A stretch of 64,000 nt of DNA from assembly GCA_030647655.1 (NCBI GenBank), contig JAUSJH010000009.1, positions 18,196 through 82,195 of the forward strand. The letters run 5' to 3'. Positions 27,248-37,638 of this stretch are shown here, one piece after another (positions within the stretch are counted from its first letter, which is position 1; each line of letters opens with the position of its first letter). The position numbers and the translations under genes are program-made. The DNA is from a bacterium. GTDB lineage: Bacteria; Patescibacteriota; Minisyncoccia; Phycocordibacterales; UBA2100. Under the pieces are notes generated by a model. That model saw only the letters and a program-made list of their open reading frames with translations. It had not been told where the DNA came from and did not search any database.

Positions 27248-27790
27248 CTAAATTTTCCGATCCGGCATTGTGGTGTCTAGGGCAGGCTCAGTGCCATAAG
27301 ACTCTTGCACATCAAGTATCGAGGCTTCATACCAGATATTTTTAAGGCTATCGATTACGCGATGCTCTTTTTCCCGTTCCTGTGCGTTAAAAATTGCAAA
27401 GGTAAGAGCTTGTACATCCAACGCTGCCGTACGAGAGTCTTCAGGAATGTTAAACGTCTTTACGTATTCATTTAGATACATCGAGGTGAGCTTGTTTATT
27501 TTCGCGACAATGTTCTCGGGAAGTTTTTCAGGCGCCAAAGTCTTGTCTCGAGAGAAAATTCCTTCTATGCCGTCAATAAACCTATCAAGAATCTCGCGTA
27601 TTTTACCTTCCGCTGATTCAGCCCCAAGTATCTTTGCGATTTGATCCTCCGCGGGTCTTTGTTGCTCGGGAATTTTGCCAGCAGCACTGGCGTTTCCTGT
27701 AAGAGTACCGATAGTAACTGCGCCCAGTGCGGCCGCGCCTGTTTTAACCATAAACTCTCTCCTGCCCATGTCCGGGATTTTCCCATCCAT
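27248..27790 (-). CDS. Hypothetical protein with twin-arginine-like N-terminus
   Basis: MDGKIPDMGRREFMVKTGAAALGAVTIG. A -10-like TATTCT lies 7 nt before the ATG. Confidence 0.6.
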   Translation of the reverse strand: MDGKIPDMGRREFMVKTGAAALGAVTIGTLTGNASAAGKIPEQQRPAEDQIAKILGAESAEGKIREILDRFIDGIEGIFSRDKTLAPEKLPENIVAKINKLTSMYLNEYVKTFNIPEDSRTAALDVQALTFAIFNAQEREKEHRVIDSLKNIWYEASILDVQESYGTEPALDTTMPDRKI

Positions 27791-27833
27791 ACAGTCCAGA
27801 ATATCACACCGCAAGTGCGCTACAATAGGGGGA

Positions 27834-29517
<1,684 letters not shown>

Positions 29518-29528
<11 letters not shown>

Positions 29529-29886
29529 TCTCCAATCCTACAAGACTTGCCAGATACTCCAGGTCTTTCAACTTTCCAGCATTCATCGTCTCGTCAGAAT
29601 CTGGCTTCTTCGGGTCTTTTGGTTGTAGTGCTCGAAGTATCTGTAACCGTTCGGCGAATCGTTCCTGAAATTTTCTTTTGTCCGTATCGTTCAGTCTTGT
29701 GTATGTCCTTTGAATTGCCCTTATTGTCGTCTCGTTGCGTATCCTTAATGCTTCATTGAGGTTGGTTATGTTCGCATCAATGCGAGCATCCCTCAATGAT
29801 GGTTGATTTTCGGTGACGAAACCAATCATCATTTTCAGAGTAGGAGAATCTTTTTCCTGCCGCGGGAGCCGCATCTGATTTCTCAT
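29518..29886 (-). CDS. Hypothetical protein
   Basis: 122 aa helical ORF with TAAAGT 6 nt upstream of the ATG. Confidence 0.55.
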
Positions 29887-29947
29887 GCGCCAACTTTACA
29901 CCACAAAACCCTGTTGCGCAGAGGCGACGAGGTGCTATCGTTGAAGA

Positions 29948-30100
29948 AGTTGACGAGGGGCTCGATTCTCTCAGCGACGCTTTCGGGAGAAAGTTGCAAC
30001 GCGGACCTAAGGATGGCGGAAGCAAGCTTCCGCAAGCGGAAGAACCGCCGCGTCCTTGGTAAAGTTACTATCGTTGAGAGAATCGTGACCCCGTCACGAG
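29948..30100 (+). ncRNA. Candidate structured ncRNA (rod-like, possibly 6S-like)
   Basis: 11-bp perfect stem 29963-29973/30075-30085 extended by GACGAGGGG/CCCCGTC, a CTTTC-GGGA-GAAAG hairpin and an inner AAGGAT-GGCGG/CCGCC-GTCCTT stem. Promoter TTGCGC-N16-TATCGT ends at 29941. Confidence 0.55.
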
Positions 30101-30202
30101 ACATTAAACACTGGGCGAGAGTGTAGCATATAAAAATCAAAAGTCAATAGTGCCCTTGAGTCCTCGAAACCGCTCCCAATCGAGCGCAGAGAGCCAGCTC
30201 GT

Positions 30203-31216
30203 ATGACAAAAGACCAAAGCACAATAGAAAAAAGCCCCCGCTCGCTCGATCAGGCGCTGCGCCCTGAATCGTGGAAGGAATACGTGGGCCAATCCGGCAT
30301 CAAAGAGAACCTTCGCATCCTCCTCACGGCCGCCAAAGGCCGCAATCATCAGCCAGAGCACGTGCTTCTTTACGGCCCGCCGGGGCTTGGCAAGACTACG
30401 CTCGCGCACTTGATGACCAAAGAGATAGGGGCCAACATGCGCTCCACCTCCGGCCCCGCAATAGAGCGCGTGGGCGACCTCGCCGCCATCCTCACCAATC
30501 TCGCCTCCGGCGACGTCCTCTTTATAGACGAGATACATCGCCTCAACCGTACGATAGAGGAAGTGATGTACCCCGCGATGGAGGCGGGAGTCCTCGACAT
30601 TGTGATAGGCAAAGGGCCGAGCGCGCGCACGGTACAGCTGGAGCTCCCTCCATTCACGCTGATTGCCGCCACCACGCGCATTTCGATGCTCTCAGCTCCG
30701 CTTCGCTCGCGATTTTCCGGCGGCACGTTCCGTCTGCAATATTATTCTGATGACGAGATAGCAGAAATCTTGAAACGCTCCGCAAAAATACTAAAAATTG
30801 ATATCGACGCCGCGTCGCTGAAAGAAATCTCGACACGTAGCCGCGCGACACCGAGAACTGCCAACTACTTGCTGAAACGCGCGCGGGATTTTGCGGAGGT
30901 GAATGAAGAAAAATTAGATTTGAAGACAGTAAAAAAAGCGCTCGCGCTTTTGGAAATAGACGAAGGCGGGCTCAACCAAACCGACCGCGACATTCTCTCT
31001 ATCATCGTGGAGAAATTCAACGGCGGGCCTGTGGGACTCAAAACCATCGCGGCGTCACTTTCCGAAGAAGAGGCGACTATTGAGGAAGTGAACGAGCCAT
31101 ACCTTATGCAACTCGGCTTTCTGGAGCGCACCCCCCGAGGCCGCACCGTCACCGCAAAAGGCCGCGAGCACATCGGCGCCGACACACCTCGTTCGCAAGA
31201 AAAACTCATCTCATAG
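30203..31216 (+). CDS. ruvB: Holliday junction branch migration helicase RuvB
   Basis: LRP....YVGQ, GPPGLGKTT, FIDEIHRL, GGPVGL, RTPRGR. Confidence 0.97.
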   Translation: MTKDQSTIEKSPRSLDQALRPESWKEYVGQSGIKENLRILLTAAKGRNHQPEHVLLYGPPGLGKTTLAHLMTKEIGANMRSTSGPAIERVGDLAAILTNLASGDVLFIDEIHRLNRTIEEVMYPAMEAGVLDIVIGKGPSARTVQLELPPFTLIAATTRISMLSAPLRSRFSGGTFRLQYYSDDEIAEILKRSAKILKIDIDAASLKEISTRSRATPRTANYLLKRARDFAEVNEEKLDLKTVKKALALLEIDEGGLNQTDRDILSIIVEKFNGGPVGLKTIAASLSEEEATIEEVNEPYLMQLGFLERTPRGRTVTAKGREHIGADTPRSQEKLIS

Positions 31217-31252
31217 AAACAAAACGCCGCGAAACCGCGGCGTTTTGTTTTT
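31217..31252. terminator. Bidirectional intrinsic terminator between ruvB and the MORC-like gene
   Basis: AAACAAAACGCCGCG-AAAC-CGCGGCGTTTTGTTT. Confidence 0.85.
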
Positions 31253-31265
31253 AGTAATCAGTCCC

Positions 31266-32789
31266 CTAGCTAAGAAGGATCCGCAGATTGCTCGACAGCA
31301 CTGACCGAAGATTAATCAGTAGCTGTAGTTTATCTTCATCACTGGCCTCGCGTAGTTCCGCCACCGCAAAAGAGTAGATGAGGAAATCAACCGCTGATAT
31401 GATTGCGCGTTCGCCCGCATAGTCAGATAGAAAGCGCTCGTAGAATGGGTGATCTACATTCCATGCGATTACCGTTACCCGACCCTCTTGGTAGGGCTCA
31501 AACAGAACTCCAGCCGCGGTCATATGACGATGTTCGAAACGACAGATCGGCCCCGGCGTGCCTGGATGTCGAGGCTCTTTGGGCTTCTTATCGACATCCG
31601 GATGTTTCGACTTCTCCTTCGATTCTTTTTCGTCACCCTTAATCTTTGTTGAAGTAGGCTTAGCAAGTAGCGCCGCTTTTCCAGAGATTTGTTTCTCTGC
31701 CTCCGTGTGGCTAACCTTGATGTCCTCCCCAGTAGCCTGCTGCGCTTTTTTTGCACGCTGACGCACGCCGGTAAGCTGGGGCTCAAGTACGCGCTTGATC
31801 TGATCTACCGCTGATTGGGTGGGTTCAATACCGCGTTTTGAGAAGTTTACACCCATCACATCGTCAAGATCTGTTGAGAATATGATTTCGGCGCGGAAGC
31901 GGTTGAAGTCACCGTGCTTTCGCTCGCTGAATGGCCACCATCCTGCCGCAATCTCGCGGTTATTTCGAAGTACATAGACGCCCTGATTTGGAATGTTAAT
32001 TCCATACCCCTTATTCCCAGCTGCTCCAAAGTCTGGTATCAGAGCGACACGAAGAATTACTTTTTCCTTGCCCCCGGGCGTTTCTATGTCGAACCAATCA
32101 TCGATCCACATCTCGGTACCTTTGGTCTTGCGAAAAAGGGGGTCTTCCGCTACAACCGCGCTACCATTTACGACAAGCTTCAATCCATTCTCAATGAACT
32201 GTCGATATGTTTGCCCAAGCCGACCTTTGAGAATCGTCGCGAATACCGTTGTATTGCTGTTTTGAACTTGATCACAGAGCGAGAGATGAACAACAGTTCC
32301 ATGAGCCAGTTTCAACGCAATGTTGCCTTCTTTGAGAACACCGGCAACTTCGCGACTGTCGACAAGACCGAATGCGCGCACAAACCTATTTTTTGCAACA
32401 ATCTCATCTGTATCGATGACGCCTACGTGCCACTGGTTTTCGTTCTCAGGCTTTGAATAGACTGCTGTTCGGCGACACAGCGAGAGCGATGCCGTCGAGA
32501 GCCCCATCCCAAATTTACCAAGGCTACCAGACATTTTTTCGGTATCCGACCCTAGCCTAAGTGCTTGATTGAGCGTCTCAGACTCCATGCCTGAGCCGTC
32601 ATCGACAATGAGGAACTCTACCTCTTTGTTTCGATGATACACCGAGATTTCGACGGTGCCCGCGCCGGCATCGACCGAGTTGTCGACAATATCCATAAGC
32701 GCAGAATAATTGTCGTAACCTACCTTTCTAAGCGATGTGATGAACTTCCCCGCGTTTGGGGTGTTGTCATCGTTGAATTTCAATTCCAT
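31266..32789 (-). CDS. MORC-like GHKL ATPase (HATPase_c_3)
   Basis: SLR..GY...SAL.DIVDNSVDA, DDGSGM, LGKFGMGL.TAS.S, HGT.V, QG.YV.RN.R, C-terminal N.DHPFY. Start at 32789 or 32825. Confidence 0.85.
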   Translation of the reverse strand: MELKFNDDNTPNAGKFITSLRKVGYDNYSALMDIVDNSVDAGAGTVEISVYHRNKEVEFLIVDDGSGMESETLNQALRLGSDTEKMSGSLGKFGMGLSTASLSLCRRTAVYSKPENENQWHVGVIDTDEIVAKNRFVRAFGLVDSREVAGVLKEGNIALKLAHGTVVHLSLCDQVQNSNTTVFATILKGRLGQTYRQFIENGLKLVVNGSAVVAEDPLFRKTKGTEMWIDDWFDIETPGGKEKVILRVALIPDFGAAGNKGYGINIPNQGVYVLRNNREIAAGWWPFSERKHGDFNRFRAEIIFSTDLDDVMGVNFSKRGIEPTQSAVDQIKRVLEPQLTGVRQRAKKAQQATGEDIKVSHTEAEKQISGKAALLAKPTSTKIKGDEKESKEKSKHPDVDKKPKEPRHPGTPGPICRFEHRHMTAAGVLFEPYQEGRVTVIAWNVDHPFYERFLSDYAGERAIISAVDFLIYSFAVAELREASDEDKLQLLINLRSVLSSNLRILLS

Positions 32790-32848
32790 AACTTGTGTTG
32801 CCTGCACTCTATTCGCTATGAACAAAGTGCTCGGCGAATTAACTAGCG

Positions 32849-33015
32849 AACAAAATAAAAAGCACCTTCCAGGTGCTACTCGAAAAAAATCATGTATTCA
32901 TATGGTTGTTTTGGGATCGGTGCGCTTTGCACCAAACCACTAGCTAGTTACTAACCGCTCGATGCGTTATGCATCAAACGTCATCTCATCCTAGCAAGGA
33001 GAATGCAAAAGTCAA
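32849..33015 (-). promoter_or_regulatory. Sigma70 promoter and structured leader ending in a terminator upstream of the MORC-like gene
   Basis: TTGACT(33015-33010)-N16-TAGGAT(32993-32988), two hairpins, then AGCACC-TGGAA-GGTGCT followed by TTTTATTTTGTT. Confidence 0.55.
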
Positions 33016-33130
33016 ACTCCTGTTGTGTACAAAAGATTTGTAATCGACACATTCACGACACGAGTGGGGATAAGAGCGATTGTGCTCAAACGAGCGTGTA
33101 CTATGTAGGTCACAGAGCGCACGGTAAGCA

Positions 33131-33166
33131 AGAGACCCTCCATTGCTGGAGGGTCTCTGCTTTTTC
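33131..33166 (+). terminator. Intrinsic terminator-like hairpin
   Basis: AGAGACCCTCCA-TTGC-TGGAGGGTCTCT (12-bp stem) followed by GCTTTTT. Confidence 0.7.
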
Positions 33167-33477
33167 GGCCATTCAGGGGACCGCGTAACCTGCTCCACGT
33201 ATCTTGATACGATCTCCTACGCTTCGCACATTACCCGACTGCACTGACCGAACGATTCCTGCAACGTCTCGACACTTGCGCGTCAATAGATCCAAGGAAC
33301 TGTCATCTGTTCGTCGGGGATTACTCCCGTCCACTGGATGACGACCGACGCACGGTTAAGCACATCGATAGAGGAAATACTACAATGTAGAAAAAGACGC
33401 GTGTAACGTGGCAAACCCCCAAAATAGTGGATTTCGAGTGGATAGAACTGTGGAAAACTACAGTGTAGAATGGCCTC

Positions 33478-34008
33478 ATGTCCGGACACAATAAATGGGC
33501 TCAAATTAAGCGCCAGAAAGGTGCAGCCGATGCGGCGAAAAGCAATCTCTGGGGTAAGCTCGGCAAGCGCATCGCGGTTGAGAGCAAAAAAGCCAATGGC
33601 GATGTAAATGCGGCGTCCCTGCGTGCCATCATAGAGACCGCAAAAAAGGCGAACATGCCCAAAGACACAATAGAACGGGCGGTCGCAAAAGGCACTTCGG
33701 CCGACGCGGCGGCACTCGAGGCAATCACCTATGAGACATACGGACCCGGCGGCGCGGCAATAATCATCGAAGCCTTGACCGACAGCCGTAATCGCACGGC
33801 GCAGGAAATAAAACATCTTTTAAACGAGCAGGGTCTGGCACTTGCCTCCCCAGGGAGCGCTCTTTGGGCATTCGAAAAAACCGCAGAGGGCTATACGCCC
33901 AAGACGTTTGTCCCGCTTTCTAATGAGGACGACGAAAAATTGATGAAAATTCTCGAAGCCATCGACGCCCACGACGATGTGGAGGAGGTGTACACGAACG
34001 CCGAATAA
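33478..34008 (+). CDS. yebC: YebC/PmpR family protein (short form)
   Basis: MSGHNKW..IKRQK, NMPKD.IERA, YE.YGPGG, TD.RNRT, DDVEEVYTN. Confidence 0.95.
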   Translation: MSGHNKWAQIKRQKGAADAAKSNLWGKLGKRIAVESKKANGDVNAASLRAIIETAKKANMPKDTIERAVAKGTSADAAALEAITYETYGPGGAAIIIEALTDSRNRTAQEIKHLLNEQGLALASPGSALWAFEKTAEGYTPKTFVPLSNEDDEKLMKILEAIDAHDDVEEVYTNAE

Positions 34009-34015
34009 GCGGTTC

Positions 34016-35149
34016 CTAAAACCAGAGGACTCGTAGCCAACTGACAACCCTATTAATGAACGGCTCGGGAGTCGCGATAATTGGAGTTGGGTGCATAAGC
34101 TCTGCATTCTCTTTCTGCATCTGTCGGCCCTGCGCGGCGACGGCGGGATCAAGAGACGGCATGGGTCCCTGATTCAACCTGTCTAGATAATCCTGTGACA
34201 AGCTGCCGAAATCATCCGTAATAAACGTTTTTTCGTTTGCATGTGGACCGAAAAAATTCACCGCGGGGCCAAGGAGGTAATCTCCAACAGCGCCCGCAAT
34301 CTTGCTCATGTCATCCGAAAACCCCAAGTCTCGCGCAGAATTCCACTCGTTCTGTACTGATAGCACGACCTGCTCCGCAAAAGTCTTCGGCTGAGCATTG
34401 ATTGTAACCTGGAAGGGAGCGTCGCCACCGAACGTCTGTAATACCTGCATCGGAGTTATAGGGGAAGGCTGGGCTGACGTTTCTTGCACCAATGTTTGTG
34501 CGCTTAGATTAACAGCCATCTTGTCGATTGCTTTGGAAAGAGGCTCGTTGTCTTCCGGTTTTTGGACTGCGGTAATTTCCGGTCGATCTTCGAACGTCTG
34601 TATCTGAGATAAAACATCCTGCGATGGAACTGGAGTTCCTTGCTGTGAGCTAGGCGCTTGATAGAGACTCGGAAACAGCTCCCCGAGCGTGCCGTTGCTC
34701 GATTGGAATTTCTGTTCCGCATAGCCCACCATGCGGGCAACGGCATCGTCGGCTTTTTGTGCAGTATTTGCGTCGCAATTGATGACTGTGGGGCACAGAG
34801 ACGGAATGTACCCCCAGTCCGCATGCTGACTGGCCGTGAACGCGGCACGTGAGCCTACCGGTTTGCAATTTTCTCCTCCAGAGTCGCAATACAAAACGAC
34901 ACATTTCGTGCTGTCATTGCCGCGCGAGATATCCACTTTCGTTTTCGAATTCTCACCCGGACTCACTTTGTATACATACCCGGGCAGGCACTGATATTTT
35001 TGCTCGTTCTTTTCCTCTTCCCCCGCGCCAGAATTTTGAGAAACTGCGCCGGCCGCCGCGTGGAGCCCGGAGTAATTGAGCGTACCGAAAATGGGAGTGA
35101 CGAGGGCTGCAACCCCAACCACGAACGCCGCTAGGCCCTCCATGTCCAT
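34016..35149 (-). CDS. Secreted hypothetical protein with Cys-rich N-terminal domain
   Basis: TM/signal, then YQCLPG, CVVLYCD....CKP, CPTVINC. TATCAT lies 6 nt before the ATG at 35149. Confidence 0.65.
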   Translation of the reverse strand: MDMEGLAAFVVGVAALVTPIFGTLNYSGLHAAAGAVSQNSGAGEEEKNEQKYQCLPGYVYKVSPGENSKTKVDISRGNDSTKCVVLYCDSGGENCKPVGSRAAFTASQHADWGYIPSLCPTVINCDANTAQKADDAVARMVGYAEQKFQSSNGTLGELFPSLYQAPSSQQGTPVPSQDVLSQIQTFEDRPEITAVQKPEDNEPLSKAIDKMAVNLSAQTLVQETSAQPSPITPMQVLQTFGGDAPFQVTINAQPKTFAEQVVLSVQNEWNSARDLGFSDDMSKIAGAVGDYLLGPAVNFFGPHANEKTFITDDFGSLSQDYLDRLNQGPMPSLDPAVAAQGRQMQKENAELMHPTPIIATPEPFINRVVSWLRVLWF

Positions 35150-35261
35150 GTTGAGATGATACCACGCACTGATATTGCGCCACACGAGAGCATGACGACT
35201 ACCCGGCCACCCTGCTCGGATTGTCTAATCTGGGGCTTTTTCTTTGGGATATACTCTTTGT

Positions 35262-36374
35262 ATGAAAGTGCTCGCGAGCCATACGAATAACTACAGAGCA
35301 GACATTATCGGCAGTATGCTTCGTCCTAAATATTTGTTGGATGCGCGGGGACTTTATGCAGCGGGCAAGACACCTGATGCCGAATTCAAAAAAATTGAAG
35401 ACCGTGCAGTGGACGAATGTCTGGCAATCCAAGAGCGTGCTGGCGTTGATGTTGTTACCGACGGCGAAATGCGCCGCGATCACTTCGCAAGTCAGCTTTT
35501 CCAATCGACAGAGGGTTTTAAAAGCATTAAAGAAAATATCGTAGACTGGTACGACAAGGATGAGCGCCTCGTAAAAGACAAAGCAAGCGTGGGGCTCGCC
35601 GGCACGATGAAACGCAAACGCCATCTTTCTACGGAAGAATTTGCATACATGCGCGGCAAAACAAAAAAACCCATAAAAGCCACTCTGCCGAGCCCGACGA
35701 TGTACGCCTACTATTGGGTCCCTGGCATATCGGAGGCTGCGTATCCATCTCCCAAAGAGTACCTTGCGGATGCGTGCAATATTCTGCGGGACGAGGTCGG
35801 CGAATTGGTACGCTTGGGGGCGACGTACATCCAATTCGACGCGCCAGAGTTGGGTATGTTGACCGATCCTCACCAACGAGAGTGGTTTGCATCCAAAGGT
35901 TTCGATCCCGACCAAATGGTTCGCGACGGAGCCGACATGATTAATCAGGTTATTGAGGGGTACAAAGACGTTACATTTGGACTTCACATTTGCCGCGGAA
36001 ATGATAGAAGCCGACACATGGCAAAGGGCTCTTACGCAAGCATCGCGCGCGAGGCTTTCCGCGCGAATGTGCAACGTTTGCTCCTCGAGTACGACGACGA
36101 GCGTTCCGGCGACTTCGAACCTCTAAAGGATGTGCCCGACGACAAAACTGTGGTCTTGGGGCTCATCACCACCAAGTGGCCACGTGAAGAGACCATAAAA
36201 GAGTTGACGGAGCGAATCCACGAAGCATCGCGTTATGTACCGCTCGAACGGCTTGCGCTCAGTACGCAATGTGGCTTCGCCTCCGCCGCGGCAGGTAACG
36301 CTATTCCGTTTGAGATACAGGAGCAAAAACTCAAGCTCGTGACCGAGGTCGCACGCAGAGTTTGGGACGATTAG
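35262..36374 (+). CDS. Cobalamin-independent methionine synthase II family protein (YxjH-like)
   Basis: GSMLRP, TDGEMRR, IQFDAP; Zn ligands in HICRGN, LLEYD and CGFAS. Confidence 0.92.
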   Translation: MKVLASHTNNYRADIIGSMLRPKYLLDARGLYAAGKTPDAEFKKIEDRAVDECLAIQERAGVDVVTDGEMRRDHFASQLFQSTEGFKSIKENIVDWYDKDERLVKDKASVGLAGTMKRKRHLSTEEFAYMRGKTKKPIKATLPSPTMYAYYWVPGISEAAYPSPKEYLADACNILRDEVGELVRLGATYIQFDAPELGMLTDPHQREWFASKGFDPDQMVRDGADMINQVIEGYKDVTFGLHICRGNDRSRHMAKGSYASIAREAFRANVQRLLLEYDDERSGDFEPLKDVPDDKTVVLGLITTKWPREETIKELTERIHEASRYVPLERLALSTQCGFASAAAGNAIPFEIQEQKLKLVTEVARRVWDD

Positions 36375-36395
36375 CAACATGATACATTACACCCT

Positions 36396-37079
36396 ATGAG
36401 AAGCCAAGATATGGACAGGAGGGCACGAGCCGTTGAAAAAGTCTGGGACAAAGAGATGCTCGAAAGTTACGACAAACACATGGGGAAGGTCGAGGGCAAA
36501 GAGCAACCCGAGACCCTTCACTACGTCGCGCAGGAAAAAATGTTTCATGCACTAAAAGAGAAGTTCGGACGGAATGTGGTGAGTATAGGTTCGGGACCTG
36601 GCAATCTAGATGGTGTACTTCTCGATAATGACCGCTTGGTAACGATGGTCGACGTCTCGAAGATCGCCGTACTTAAAGCGTATGAAAAATTTAATAAATA
36701 CGACGGGGCAACTTTTTCCCACCAAGACGCACTTACCATGCGCTTCCCTGGCGAGATTTTTGATACGATCCTATTCTGCAACGCTTTTTATTACTTCGAA
36801 GCCGACGAGCGGGATGCGCTGATACAAAACTGCAAGAATTTGCTTAATACAGGTGGAAAAGTAATTGTGATCGAAGAATTCCCGTTTAAAATAACGATGG
36901 AGAAAAAAGAGGCAGATGCCGTACTTGGAGTCCATTATAATGATATTAGTCCTGATAAAATAGCGGCAATATTTTCGCAGAATGGTTTTGTACTGGAAAC
37001 CCGGGAGAAGATCGTTATTGATAAAACGCCCGAACATGACCTGTATGGATCGGTCTTCGAACTAGCCGGCGCCTATTGA
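36396..37079 (+). CDS. Class I SAM-dependent methyltransferase
   Basis: SIGSGPG motif I, VDVS, FD.I, LL..GGKVI. Confidence 0.85.
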   Translation: MRSQDMDRRARAVEKVWDKEMLESYDKHMGKVEGKEQPETLHYVAQEKMFHALKEKFGRNVVSIGSGPGNLDGVLLDNDRLVTMVDVSKIAVLKAYEKFNKYDGATFSHQDALTMRFPGEIFDTILFCNAFYYFEADERDALIQNCKNLLNTGGKVIVIEEFPFKITMEKKEADAVLGVHYNDISPDKIAAIFSQNGFVLETREKIVIDKTPEHDLYGSVFELAGAY

Positions 37080-37120
37080 ATTTCTGTTCACTGCCTCCTG
37101 TTCACTGTAGACTTGTGGAT

Positions 37121-37594
37121 ATGAAGGTACTCGCGATAGATCCCGGATACGGCAGATGCGGAGTGGCGGTTGTGGAGAAGGGCGGCGGCGGAAAAGAGGT
37201 TCTTCTGTATTCGGAGTGCATCGAGACATCGGCGAAAATGGATTTCCCCGCGCGGCTTGCCGTGGTTGTCGATGAGTGTGCGCGACTCATCAAAAAACAC
37301 TCGCCTGACTGTGTCGCGCTTGAAAAATTGTATTTTCAGAATAACCAAAAGACCGCGATGCGTGTGGCCGAGGTGCGCGGCGCCCTCATCGGCGCCGCCT
37401 CAAATGCCGGTTTGAAAGTATTTGAATACACTCCCGGAGAAGTAAAGAGTGCGGCGGCAGGCTGGGGTGGGGCCGACAAAAAGGCCCTTGCACAAATGCT
37501 CCATGCGCTCGTAAACATAGAAAAGAAAATCGAGCGTGACGACGAGTATGATGCAATTGCGATAGCGGTAACACATCTGGCCCGTGCGCGGTAG
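37121..37594 (+). CDS. ruvC: Crossover junction endodeoxyribonuclease RuvC
   Basis: LAIDPG, ALEKLYF..N, EVRG, EYTP.EVK, DDEYDAIAIA. Confidence 0.95.
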   Translation: MKVLAIDPGYGRCGVAVVEKGGGGKEVLLYSECIETSAKMDFPARLAVVVDECARLIKKHSPDCVALEKLYFQNNQKTAMRVAEVRGALIGAASNAGLKVFEYTPGEVKSAAAGWGGADKKALAQMLHALVNIEKKIERDDEYDAIAIAVTHLARAR

Positions 37595-37638
37595 CAGGTG
37601 GAGAAAGATTGAGAAAAACGCTACAATGGTCGAATTAT

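Noticed and set aside
29803-30140. Overlapping 107-aa (+) and 85-aa (-) ORFs
   Set aside because: No recognisable features; the region is better explained by extensive RNA secondary structure and flanking promoters.
33283-33816. 177-aa minus-strand ORF
   Set aside because: Largely an antisense shadow of yebC.
35199-36074. Long antisense ORFs (also 28557..29429, 15714..16430, 26494..27198)
   Set aside because: They lie opposite well-supported genes and are typical shadow ORFs in GC-rich coding DNA.
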